Source: an uncultured Verrucomicrobiota bacterium
Lineage (GTDB): Bacteria; Verrucomicrobiota; Verrucomicrobiia; Limisphaerales; J093
Direction: 5' to 3'
Assembly: GCA_964396005.1 (NCBI GenBank)
Contig: CAYNCT010000004.1
Location: 1 to 56,562 of the forward strand
Length of the DNA: 56,562 bases
The stretch's first letter is position 1, and the number at the start of each line of letters is the position of its first letter. Of the stretch, positions 8,894-18,239 are shown piece after piece. The translations under genes and the position numbers were made by a program. The notes below the pieces were generated by a model. It was not told the DNA's origin and made no database searches. It saw only the letters and a program-made list of their open reading frames with translations.

Positions 8894-10039
8894 ATGGACT
8901 TGAGCAAAGACGAGATCGAGCGGTATTCGCGGCAACTCATCCTGCCGCAGGTGGGAAAAGCCGGCCAGTTGCGGCTCAAGGCCGCCAAGGTCCTGTGCAT
9001 CGGCGCGGGCGGCCTGGGTTCACCCGCGGCGCTCTACCTCGCGGCCGCCGGCATCGGCCGCATCGGGATTCTGGACTCCGATCGCGTGGACCTCTCGAAT
9101 CTTCAGCGGCAGGTGCTCCACGGCCGAGATTCTACCGGCAAGTTGAAGACCACGTCCGCGCTGGCGCGCCTGGGCGAGCTCAACCCGGAGGTCGAAATCG
9201 TTCCCCACCCGGTGCGGCTGACGGCTGCCAACGTCGCCGACCTCATCGGGCCGTATGACGTCGTGCTCGATGGCACGGACAATCTGCCCACCCGGTTCCT
9301 GGTGAACGACGCCTGCGTCCTGCTGGGCAAACCGAACATCTACGGCGCAGTCTTCCAGTTCGAGGGCCAGGCCGGCGTGTTGGCCCCTCAAATGGGCGGC
9401 CCCTGTTATCGCTGCCTCTATCCCGAGCCCCCGCCTCCGGACGCCGCGCCCAACTGCGCCGAAGCCGGGGTTTTGGGGGTCGTTCCGGGGCTGGTCGGCT
9501 GCCTCCAGGCCAACGAAGTTCTCAAGCTGGTGCTGGGCGTGGGGCAACCGCTGATTGGTCGTCTGTTGCTCATTGATGCCCTCGCGGGGCGTTTCCGCGA
9601 GGTCCGGGTCCGCCGTGACCCTGCGTGCCCGGTCTGCGGGGATCATCCCAAGATCACCGAGCTGAAAGACTTGAGCTGCGAGTGCCCGGCGGCAGCAACT
9701 GCCCGCGGCGGCGCGCCCGAAAGGGAAGTCTCGGTCCGAGCACTCGCGGACCTGCTCCGGGAGCCACAGCCTAGAGTTGAGGTACTCGACGTCCGGGAAC
9801 CCGCCGAGGCCGAGATGGCGCGCATCCCCGGCACCCGGCTGCTGCCGCTGAGTCAGATTGCCGTTTGGTCCAAGCAACTGAATCCCGACACCGAGTATTG
9901 GATTCACTGCAAATCCGGTCGCCGCTCGCTCGAGGCCGCGGAATTCCTTCGCCAGCGGGGCTTCCTGTCCGTAAAAAGCGTCCGGGGCGGCATCTTGGCC
10001 TGGGCCGACGAAATTGACCGCTCGATGCCGAGGTACTGA
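8894..10039 (+). CDS. moeB: MoeB/ThiF adenylyltransferase with C-terminal rhodanese (MoeZ/MoeBR type)
   Basis: IERYSRQ, IGAGGLGS, SNLQRQ, CYRC and CPVC Zn pairs, CAEAG, rhodanese CKSGRRS. Start moved to ATG 8894. Confidence 0.93.
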   Translation: MDLSKDEIERYSRQLILPQVGKAGQLRLKAAKVLCIGAGGLGSPAALYLAAAGIGRIGILDSDRVDLSNLQRQVLHGRDSTGKLKTTSALARLGELNPEVEIVPHPVRLTAANVADLIGPYDVVLDGTDNLPTRFLVNDACVLLGKPNIYGAVFQFEGQAGVLAPQMGGPCYRCLYPEPPPPDAAPNCAEAGVLGVVPGLVGCLQANEVLKLVLGVGQPLIGRLLLIDALAGRFREVRVRRDPACPVCGDHPKITELKDLSCECPAAATARGGAPEREVSVRALADLLREPQPRVEVLDVREPAEAEMARIPGTRLLPLSQIAVWSKQLNPDTEYWIHCKSGRRSLEAAEFLRQRGFLSVKSVRGGILAWADEIDRSMPRY

Positions 10040-10066
10040 AACGAATTAACTGTCCGCCGCACTGCC

Positions 10067-10408
10067 ATGAACCTCTTCCTTGAACTGTATCAGCAACACC
10101 GGGCCCGCCGCGGGAGTGCTGCCGGCCGCGGTCAATTGGCGCCCATGGACATCGAGGACCTCGAACGCCGGACCGAGGCGCTCACCCTCGCCTGCCAGGC
10201 CCTGTGGGAGATCCTGCAAGAGGAACTCAATCTCTCCGAGGCAGCCATCCTGAAGAAAATGGAAGAAGTGGACCTGCGCGATGGCTCCTTGGACGGCCGC
10301 ATGAGCGCAGACGTCACCGCGTGCCCCGGCTGTCAGCGGTCCAACAAAGCTTCCCGCTCCCAATGCCTCTACTGCGGCGAACCGCTGCCAGCCCTGGGCA
10401 CCCGGTAA
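10067..10408 (+). CDS. Small hypothetical protein with C-terminal zinc ribbon
   Basis: Helical N-terminus, VDLRDGSLDG, then CPGC...CLYC. Confidence 0.7.
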   Translation: MNLFLELYQQHRARRGSAAGRGQLAPMDIEDLERRTEALTLACQALWEILQEELNLSEAAILKKMEEVDLRDGSLDGRMSADVTACPGCQRSNKASRSQCLYCGEPLPALGTR

Positions 10409-11199
10409 TGAACGCCCACTCGCTCGGCTCCGCGAGCGAGCAGCAGCCGGCGCGGCGACCGTCTCGGCGCTGCTTGCCGCGGATCCTCCTCGGGGGGCTG
10501 GCTGGACTGCTGCTGGTCAGCGGCCCCGGATGTCGCACCCCGCGCACCGCTCCTGCACCGTCGGCCACCGCGACGGCGAGCGTCGCGCCCGGCATCAACG
10601 CCGAATACCTGAAGCCCGACCTCGACGTCCAGCAATGGGTGGAACGCTTCGAACGGGAAGGCCGCGAGATCTACGATCATCGCGAGCGGATTGTCGCGGA
10701 GGCCGGCGTTCGCAAAAGGATGGCAGTGGCCGACATTGGTGCGGGCAGCGGGCTGTTCACTCTCCTCTTCGCACAAGCCGTCGGCCCTCGCGGCACCGTG
10801 TACGCGGTGGACATTGTTCCGGGCTTCCTGGCGCACATCGCGGCCTCTGCCAGCTCGCGGCAGTTCGACAACGTCCGCACCGTCCTCGCCACGGACCGCT
10901 CGTCCAGTCTGCCGGCCAGGTCCGTGGACCTGGTGTTCATCTGTGACACCTACCATCACTTCGAGTACCCGGCCGAGACACTGGCGAGCTTGCACGCCGC
11001 GCTGCGCCCGCGCGGGCGGCTGGTGCTGGTCGAGTTCCATCGCGAGGAGGGCCGGAGTTCCGACTGGATTCTGCGTCACGTACGCGCTGGTCAGGCCGTT
11101 TTCGAGGCCGAGATTGCCCGCGCGGGATTTCGCAAAGTGCGGGAAGCGGCTTTTCTCCGCGACAACTACTTCGTCGTGTTCGAGAAGGAGACCCGCTGA
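10408..11199 (+). CDS. Class I SAM-dependent methyltransferase with N-terminal signal/lipoprotein-like peptide
   Basis: VADIGAGSG motif I, VYAVDI, VDLVFICDTYHH. Hydrophobic ILLGGLAGLLLVSGPGC near the N-terminus. ATG overlaps the upstream TAA. Confidence 0.85.
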   Translation: MNAHSLGSASEQQPARRPSRRCLPRILLGGLAGLLLVSGPGCRTPRTAPAPSATATASVAPGINAEYLKPDLDVQQWVERFEREGREIYDHRERIVAEAGVRKRMAVADIGAGSGLFTLLFAQAVGPRGTVYAVDIVPGFLAHIAASASSRQFDNVRTVLATDRSSSLPARSVDLVFICDTYHHFEYPAETLASLHAALRPRGRLVLVEFHREEGRSSDWILRHVRAGQAVFEAEIARAGFRKVREAAFLRDNYFVVFEKETR

Positions 11200-11202
11200 G
11201 CC

Positions 11203-12519
11203 ATGTCGGAGACCGGTCCTTCCGCCCGGGGTAATCCACCGCGAGCCGGCCGCGCGGAAGAGCGCCGGCAACTCGGAGGAGGCAGCGCAACCGCCCTGGT
11301 GGTCGCGAGCATGGTGGGCACAGGGGTATTCACCACCAGCGGCTTCCTGTTAAAGGATCTCGGTTCGCCCTGGCTGGTGCTGCTGGCGTGGCTGGCCGGG
11401 GGCGTGATCGCCGCCCTCGGGGCGCTCAGCTACGGAGCGCTGGCCCGACGAATCCCCGAGTCGGGCGGCGAGTTCATTTTCCTGTCGCGGACGATTCACC
11501 CCGCCGCTGGCTTTGTCGCTGGGTGGATTTCGTTGCTGGTCGGGTTTTCTGCCCCGCTGGCGGCGGTCGCGTTTGGATTCGGAAGCTATCTGGCGCCGTG
11601 GTTGCCCGGAGTTGATCCAAAGCTAACGGGGACTGTCGCCCTCGCTGGGTTCGCGGTCGTTCACGCCGTAGGAGTCCGCTTCGGATCCCGCGCCCAGGAC
11701 GCCATCGTCGCCGTGAAGCTCCTGCTGATTCTCGGTTTCATCTGGGGCGGCATTACGCGGATCCAAGCAATCCCGCCCACCTCGACGCCTGCGGCAGGAT
11801 TGGGAGCGTTCCTCGCGTCGTTGGTCTGGATTTCGTTCAGCTATTCGGGATGGAACGCGGCCGTCTATTTGGGCGGCGAAATCCGGGACCCCGACCGTTG
11901 GCTGCCGCGCTCGTTGTTGATCGGCACCGCGATCACGACCGCCCTGTATCTCGGCCTCAACGCCGTGTTTGTGCTGGGCGTGCCCGCGGCGAAACTGAGC
12001 GGCCAGGTGGATGTTGGCCGGATCGCCGCCGAGACCCTCGGGGGACCGCGCCTCGCGGCGGCAGTTACCGCCACGATTCTGGTCGCACTGGGCACCTCCC
12101 TGTCGGCCATGATCATGGCCGGACCTCGGGTCTATGCGCAGATGGCCGCGCAGGGCTACTTGCCGCGGCGCCTCGCCGCCCTGGCCGGACCGCCCCGGGC
12201 GGCCATCGCCTTTCAGTTGCTGGTGGCGGCGGCCATGCTCTGGACCACGACCTACGAGGCCTTGATTAACTACATCGGGTTCACCCTCGGCCTCAGCACC
12301 GCCCTGACCGTCGTCGGTCTCGCCCGGTTGCGGATCCGGGAAGGCTCGCAACTACCGGTGCCCGGCTGGCCGTGGGTGCCGGCGGCGTTCTTGGTTGCCG
12401 CAACGGCGATGACCCTGGCGATCATCGCCCGCCTTCCCATCGTGGCACTTTGGGGTGGCGCGACAGTTTTCCTGGCATGGATTCTGTGGCTGCTGCAGGC
12501 CCGACGACGCCAATGTTAA
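11203..12519 (+). CDS. APC-family amino acid permease
   Basis: About 12 TM helices; MVGTGVFTTSG, ALSYGALARRIPESGGEF, SYSGWNAAVYLGGEI. Confidence 0.9.
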   Translation: MSETGPSARGNPPRAGRAEERRQLGGGSATALVVASMVGTGVFTTSGFLLKDLGSPWLVLLAWLAGGVIAALGALSYGALARRIPESGGEFIFLSRTIHPAAGFVAGWISLLVGFSAPLAAVAFGFGSYLAPWLPGVDPKLTGTVALAGFAVVHAVGVRFGSRAQDAIVAVKLLLILGFIWGGITRIQAIPPTSTPAAGLGAFLASLVWISFSYSGWNAAVYLGGEIRDPDRWLPRSLLIGTAITTALYLGLNAVFVLGVPAAKLSGQVDVGRIAAETLGGPRLAAAVTATILVALGTSLSAMIMAGPRVYAQMAAQGYLPRRLAALAGPPRAAIAFQLLVAAAMLWTTTYEALINYIGFTLGLSTALTVVGLARLRIREGSQLPVPGWPWVPAAFLVAATAMTLAIIARLPIVALWGGATVFLAWILWLLQARRRQC

Positions 12520-12706
12520 CGCCCGGCGTGGAGCGCTCCGATGCCGGCGGCCGCTGAACGCCGGCGGGTCCCCGGTGTCCGACGAGTGGCATTCTTCGCG
12601 GGAATTCGCGATCCCGGGGCGCGGGCTGCGCTTTTCTGCTGGCCCCCCACCGCTATGATTGCCAGACTGAGCGCAGTATTTAAGGGAATGGATTGAGCGA
12701 AATTGT

Positions 12707-14668
12707 ATGGCGACCCCAGAAGTTCCGGAGACGCTTCCCGACCAACCACCGCCGCTGACCCGCAAGGAACGGCTCGCCGCCAAGTTCGAGAACTGGCCGT
12801 TGATCCGGCTGATGATTTTTTCGCCGGCGTTCCTGATCGTCGTGCTCTTGTTCCTCGCAGCCGGGGCTGCGCTGGCCCTCGCGGTGCCCAAAATTTGGCG
12901 TACCACCCCCCCGGGCTTTACCCCGGAAGTGAAGGTCAGCCTGCTGGATTTCTGGCAGGTCCGTTCACTGAGAAGCGCCGCCCAGGCCGCAGAGCAGCGT
13001 GGCGAGTTCAAGGCCGCCTTTGACGGCTGGCGGGCTTCGTGGGCGAACAATTTTGCCGATCAAACCTCGATGCGCGGGGTCCTGGCCGTCATTCCCAAAC
13101 TCGATAACACCGACGACGCCATCGGCGCGGCCTTGCAGGCGGGCTACTGGCTGCTGCGCGTGGGCGCCACCAACACGGCGGACCTCGAACTCATCACTCG
13201 GGCGTGGATCAACACCCGCAACACCACCTTGGCAGAGCGCGCCGCCCGGTTGCTTGACTTCCAAAAGAACAACATGCCCGAGAGTCTGGAGCGCCTCTAT
13301 CTGATGGCGCTCTTTCAATCCGGGCGAACGATCGAATTCGGCAACCGGATCCAGGCCAATGCAGCGATCCTCGCCGAAGTGGATCGCCTGCGAAGCGCTG
13401 CGAGTGGAGGCGACGCGGCGCGGCTGGATTTCAAGTCCAGCGAGCCGAAGTTCGAGTACTACTGCCTCGCCTATTTAATTGGTTGGGGAACCGACGCCGA
13501 CCGCGGATTCGCCCGGCAGCGCCTGCGTGAAGCGCGGCAAAACCGCCTGACCGAGCAACTGGCGTTCGACCTTGAGTTTATCACCATGTTCCACCTCCGT
13601 GATACCGAGGCGTGCGGCGCGCTGCTCCGGGAACTCCAAGACGTGGGGCTGGACGGCATCCGCCACCATGTGGGCTATTGGACCCTGCTGGTATATGACG
13701 GCCGCCGGCCGGAGGCGGAGCGACTGGCACAGTCTTCGAACCTCAATCCGCGGAACGGCTTTGAAGCGTTCCGGCTCGCGCAGGCTTACGTGGGTTTGGG
13801 AATGAGCGACCGGGCCACCGATCTGATCAGCCGCTTCGGCGATAACACCGGCTGGGCCGCCGAGCTGCTGGTGCTCGAAGCCGAGCTCTTGCGGCGCGCG
13901 GAGAACTGGGACGGGTTGCGTTCGCTGGCTCTGCGCATTCGCATGATGCCGCGGGCCACGGACTTTTTGGGCGGTTACAGTTCGTACCTGGAAGGGCTGG
14001 CCCTCTGGCGCTCCGGCGACCAGCAGGCCGCCAAAGACGCCTTTGAACGGCTGATTGAGACGGGCATCGGCGACCCCTCGATCGCCTTCCAGGTCGCGGA
14101 GGGTCTCACCGCCCTGGGCGGCGTTCAGTGGGCGCAACCCCTCCTGCTTGCCCACCGGGAAGCCTTGGGCGGCAGCCCGGAGTATCTCCGGCTGCTGGTC
14201 AAAGTCGGCTCATACCTGCGGGAGGGCACGGACATTCTCGTGGCCGCGAAAGATTTTTACGACAAACGCCCCAACGATCCCATCGCGATCAACAATTACG
14301 CCGCCGCCCTGATGATCTTCCGCCAGGAACCGACCGAAGCCTTAAATCTGACGCGCCGCTTGGTGGCCATGGCTCCTTTCTCCGCGGCCGCGCTGGCAAA
14401 CTACGCTTCGGCCCTCGCGATCTGCGGCCGTTACGACGATGCCGAGACCGTTCTCAAAGACCTGAACATTCGGGCGTTCAGCGCCCCGGAGCTCGCCCAG
14501 TACTACCTCAGCTACTTCGAAGTCATGCTCATGACCGACCGATTCGAAGAGGCACGCCGATATCTCCGCCTGCTGGATCGCACTCAACTCTACCCGGCGC
14601 AGGTCGAGTGGCTGGACCAAGCCGTCAAACGGCTTGAAGCAGCAGCACCGACCGCGGACAAGGGTTAA
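12707..14668 (+). CDS. Membrane-anchored TPR-like all-helical protein
   Basis: One N-terminal TM segment, then TPR-like helices (AINNYAAALM, ALANYASALAICGRYDDAETVL). TATGAT -10-like hexamer at 12654-12659. Confidence 0.8.
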   Translation: MATPEVPETLPDQPPPLTRKERLAAKFENWPLIRLMIFSPAFLIVVLLFLAAGAALALAVPKIWRTTPPGFTPEVKVSLLDFWQVRSLRSAAQAAEQRGEFKAAFDGWRASWANNFADQTSMRGVLAVIPKLDNTDDAIGAALQAGYWLLRVGATNTADLELITRAWINTRNTTLAERAARLLDFQKNNMPESLERLYLMALFQSGRTIEFGNRIQANAAILAEVDRLRSAASGGDAARLDFKSSEPKFEYYCLAYLIGWGTDADRGFARQRLREARQNRLTEQLAFDLEFITMFHLRDTEACGALLRELQDVGLDGIRHHVGYWTLLVYDGRRPEAERLAQSSNLNPRNGFEAFRLAQAYVGLGMSDRATDLISRFGDNTGWAAELLVLEAELLRRAENWDGLRSLALRIRMMPRATDFLGGYSSYLEGLALWRSGDQQAAKDAFERLIETGIGDPSIAFQVAEGLTALGGVQWAQPLLLAHREALGGSPEYLRLLVKVGSYLREGTDILVAAKDFYDKRPNDPIAINNYAAALMIFRQEPTEALNLTRRLVAMAPFSAAALANYASALAICGRYDDAETVLKDLNIRAFSAPELAQYYLSYFEVMLMTDRFEEARRYLRLLDRTQLYPAQVEWLDQAVKRLEAAAPTADKG

Positions 14669-14814
14669 CGCGCCAGCCCCGCCACCGGCCGCTTCCGCCC
14701 GGCCGAGGGGCGGGACAGGCGGACGGCCTTCGCGTGCTGGCAGCCGTTCACCGCCTCATCACCTCGCCCGCTTTCAGCCGCACCGACCGCTTCGCAGGCC
14801 ACGGCCGAACTCGG

Positions 14815-15456
14815 CTAACTCACTGAGCCTGCGGCTTTCGCCGCGGCGACAAACGCCCGCATCCGGTCAGGATCTTTCCTTCCGGGCGCCGACTCCACGC
14901 CGCTGGACACGTCCACCCCGAATGGCCTCACCCGGCGGACCGCCTCCCCCACGTTTTCCGGAGTCAAGCCGCCGGCCAGGATGATCGGCCGACCGAGCGC
15001 ACGGGCACGCACCGCGAGATCCCAATTGAACCGAGCGCCGGTGCCCCCAAGTTCGCCGGGCACGTAGCTGTCCAGCAACCAGGCAGCCACCGGGAACTCA
15101 GCCAAGGGAAGGAGGGAAGTCTCGTCAGCCACGCGAAACGCCTTGATGACCGGCACCGGCGCCAGGCTGGCGCATTGGGCAGGCGTTTCCGTGCCATGTA
15201 ACTGAACCGTGTCCAAACCGCACGCCGCCACTGCCGCCCTCACTTCCGTCACTGGCGCGTCCACAAACACTCCCACTTTGGCAACAAACGGCGGCAATTG
15301 GCGGCAGATGGCCAACGCCGCCTCCGGCGCGATGTATCGCTTGCTTCCGCGGAAAAACATGAAGCCGAGCCCAGCGGCGCCCGCCGCCACGGCCGCCAGG
15401 GCGTCCTCGGCACACGTAATTCCGCAGATCTTCACGCGCGTGGGCATGACGGTCAC
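14815..15456 (-). CDS. trpF: Phosphoribosylanthranilate isomerase
   Basis: VKICGIT, VGVFVD, VQLHG, LLDS, GGTG, ILAGGL, GVDVSSGVE. GTGA overlap with trpC (alternative ATG at 15447). Confidence 0.96.
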   Translation of the reverse strand: MTVMPTRVKICGITCAEDALAAVAAGAAGLGFMFFRGSKRYIAPEAALAICRQLPPFVAKVGVFVDAPVTEVRAAVAACGLDTVQLHGTETPAQCASLAPVPVIKAFRVADETSLLPLAEFPVAAWLLDSYVPGELGGTGARFNWDLAVRARALGRPIILAGGLTPENVGEAVRRVRPFGVDVSSGVESAPGRKDPDRMRAFVAAAKAAGSVS

Positions 15457-16253
15457 CCCAGCAGTTCACGCACTTTGGCTCGAAGGTCCGCGTGCCGCAT
15501 CAGCGACTCGCCCACCAGAACGGCCCCGGCGCCACACCGGCGCAATCGCTTTGCATCCGCGCGGTAGTGAATTCCGCTCTCGGCCACCAGCATCACGTCG
15601 CTGCCCCGGGCGTTGGCCCGCAAATGCGCCGCAAGCCGCTCGGTGGTTGCAAGGTCCACGTGGAAAGTCTTGAGGTTCCGGTTGTTGACCCCGATGAGCG
15701 GGGCCCCGATGGCCAGCGCGCGCTCCAGCTCGGCTTCGTCATGCACTTCCACCAGCGCGCTCAACCCCGCCCCGGTGGCCAGCTCGTGGAGCCGCCTCAA
15801 ACGTGCGTCGTCCAGAATCGCCGCGATCAGGAGCACCGCGTCCGCACCCCATTCGATGGCCTCGGCAATCTGTCGCTCATCAATGAGAAAATCCTTGCGC
15901 AGGAGCGGGAGAGACACCGCCGCCCGAATCTCGCGCAGAAACGTCAGCGAACCCTCGAAGAACTTCCGATCCGTCAGCACCGACAGGCAGGAGGCGCCTG
16001 CCGCCTCGTACTCGCGCGCGATGCGCACCGGGTCGAAATCCGCGCGAATCACGCCGGCACTGGGCGACGCCTTCTTGACCTCGGCGATCAAGGCCACCGT
16101 GCCCGAGCGTGGGGCGCGCAGCGCGCCCAGGAAATCGCGTTGGCCCCGCTGCGCCAGGGCAGCTCGCAGCGCCTCGGGAGTTGCGGGAACCCGGGGCAGG
16201 TCCGCAACTTCGCGTTCCTTTTCGGTAACGATGGTGGCAAGGATGTCGGCCAT
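15453..16253 (-). CDS. trpC: Indole-3-glycerol-phosphate synthase
   Basis: IAEVKKASPSAG, SVLTD, LRKDF, GADAVLLI, LVEVH, IGVNNRNL, VAESGI. Start ATG 16253. Confidence 0.96.
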   Translation of the reverse strand: MADILATIVTEKEREVADLPRVPATPEALRAALAQRGQRDFLGALRAPRSGTVALIAEVKKASPSAGVIRADFDPVRIAREYEAAGASCLSVLTDRKFFEGSLTFLREIRAAVSLPLLRKDFLIDERQIAEAIEWGADAVLLIAAILDDARLRRLHELATGAGLSALVEVHDEAELERALAIGAPLIGVNNRNLKTFHVDLATTERLAAHLRANARGSDVMLVAESGIHYRADAKRLRRCGAGAVLVGESLMRHADLRAKVRELLG

Positions 16254-16257
16254 GGCG

Positions 16258-17401
16258 CTACTCCTCCTCATCCTGGAGGCCGGCCTTGCGTTTGGTGGGA
16301 CCGCCGGCGCGCAACCAGGCGTTGACGAACTCGTCCAGTTCGCCATCGAGCACGGCGTCCGTGTTGCTCGTCTGATGCCCCGTGCGCAGGTCCTTCACCA
16401 GGCGATAAGGCTGGAGCACATAGCTGCGGATTTGATTCCCCCAACCGATGCTGCCCTTTTCGCCGTAAAAACGCTCCATCTCCGCCTTTTGTTGGTCCTC
16501 CCGCAAGGCGTACAGTTTCGCCAGCAGCATCTTCATCGCGGTGGCCCGGTTTTGATGCTGGGAACGCTGGTTCTGGCTCGCCGCCACGATTCCCGTGGGC
16601 AGGTGGGTGATGCGGACCGCGGTCTCGACCTTGTTCACGTTCTGCCCCCCCTTGCCGCCCGAGCGAAACGTATCCACCTGCAATTCGCTCGGCGGGATTA
16701 CGATCTCGGCGCTCTCCTCGATTTCCGCAATCACGTCCACGCTGGCGAAACTGGTGTGACGGCGCTTGTTCGCGTCGAAGGGCGAAATCCGCACCAGCCG
16801 ATGCACGCCGCGCTCGGCCTTCGCGAATCCGTAGGCGTTGTCGCCCCGCAGCAAGAGAGTGGCGCTTTTGATGCCCGCCCCCTCCCCGGGCAAGGCGTCG
16901 GTCACCTCCACCTCCCAGCCGCGGCCCTCGGCCCAGCGTTGGTACATGCGCAGCAGCATGTTGGCCCAATCGCACGCCTCGGTGCCGCCGGCGCCCGCGT
17001 TGATGCTCAGGATGCAGTTGTTCCGGTCGCGGGGACCGCTGAGGAGAACCCGCAATTCGAAATCCTCCAGTTGCTTCGCCAGCGCCGCGATGTCGCGTTC
17101 CAATTCCGCCTGGAGCGCCAGTTGCGCGGCTTCCGGCTCCGCCTCGGCCAGTTCAAGCATGACCCGTAAATCATCCGCCCGCCGTTCGAGCTGCGCCAGC
17201 GGCTCAAGCTTTTTGCGCGCGGCGTTCGCCTCGTCAATCAACCGCTGAGCCTGCTCGCGGCTATCCCAGAACGTGTCCTTGGCCATCTCGCCTTCGATTA
17301 CCGCCAGGCGCTTTTCCAGGGCCGGGACGTCAAAGAAACCTCCGGAGCTGAGTCAGCTTGGCGGCGGCGGCGACAATCTGCGGCTTGATGATTTCAAACA
17401 T
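16258..17401 (-). CDS. prfB: Peptide chain release factor 2 with programmed +1 frameshift (380 aa)
   Basis: [23 protein letters not shown], then CTT TGA C shifts to DVPALEKRL.... Contains SPF and GGQ motifs. Confidence 0.97.
17329..17343 (-). other. prfB +1 ribosomal frameshift signal
   Basis: GGAGG-TTT-CTT-TGA-C: internal SD-like sequence 3 nt before the CUU-UGA slippery site. Confidence 0.95.
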
Positions 17402-17606
17402 GACGCGGCGCAGCGTAAGCCGGAACGACGCGGAATGAAACCCCAAAGCACGCGGAGAGCACGCACCGCCTCCGCCGGGTGTTCCGCCGCGACCGCCAAA
17501 CCACTGGCAGCTTGCTGACAGAGGCGAAGAATTACATCTGCTGAGTGGTAACTGATCACCGCAAACGGGTTTCGGATCACGTGGAGACAACGCGCCGGAT
17601 TCCGCC

Positions 17607-18239
17607 TCAAAAGATCGTGCCTTTGAGCGCCTTGAGCGCGTTGATCAGGAACTGGAAGGCGATGGCCGCCAGCAGCAAGCCCATCAGCCGCGTCGTGATC
17701 TTCATCGCGATCGGATTGATCAGCCGCGCGCCGTGGGCAGACACGCGGAGGATCAGATACGACAGCCCGCAAATCGCGAGGATGCAGGCGTACAGTGCCA
17801 CCTGCTGACTGACGTGCTGGGCTTTGCTTTCCAGGATGATCACGTTCGAGATGGCGCCGGGACCGGCCAGCAGCGGGACTCCCAGCGGCGTGATGGCGAT
17901 GTCGTCTTTCTCCGCCCCGGCGGCCTTCTCCTCCGGCGATTCGCGCGTTTCGGAAGGATGGGCCCGCAGCATGTCCAGCGCGATGAGCAACAGGATAACA
18001 CTGCCGGCCATTTGAAACGCCGGCAGCGTGATGCCCAGGAAGGAAAAGATGCTCTGCCCCACCAACGCGAAGACCACCAACACGCCTGCCGCCAGGGTAC
18101 ACGCCAGCTTCGCCGCCCGCGCCCGCTGCGCCGGCGTATCGTTCGGGGTCATCGCCAGAAAAACCGGCACCAGCGCCAGCGGGTCAATGATCACGAACAG
18201 CGAACTGCTGGCCAACAGGATGTACTCGAACAAACTCAC
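17607..18239 (-). CDS. MarC family integral membrane protein
   Basis: IIDPLALVPVFLAMT, FQMAGSVILLLIALDML, IAITPLGVPLLAGPGAIS, TRLMGLLLAAIA. GTG 18239 overlaps the upstream TGA. Confidence 0.92.
   Translation of the reverse strand: MSLFEYILLASSSLFVIIDPLALVPVFLAMTPNDTPAQRARAAKLACTLAAGVLVVFALVGQSIFSFLGITLPAFQMAGSVILLLIALDMLRAHPSETRESPEEKAAGAEKDDIAITPLGVPLLAGPGAISNVIILESKAQHVSQQVALYACILAICGLSYLILRVSAHGARLINPIAMKITTRLMGLLLAAIAFQFLINALKALKGTIF

Noticed and set aside
17510-17600. AT-richer segment between marC and prfB as a small RNA
   Set aside because: Only bulged, weak stems are present, with no recognisable Rfam-like motif or terminator.
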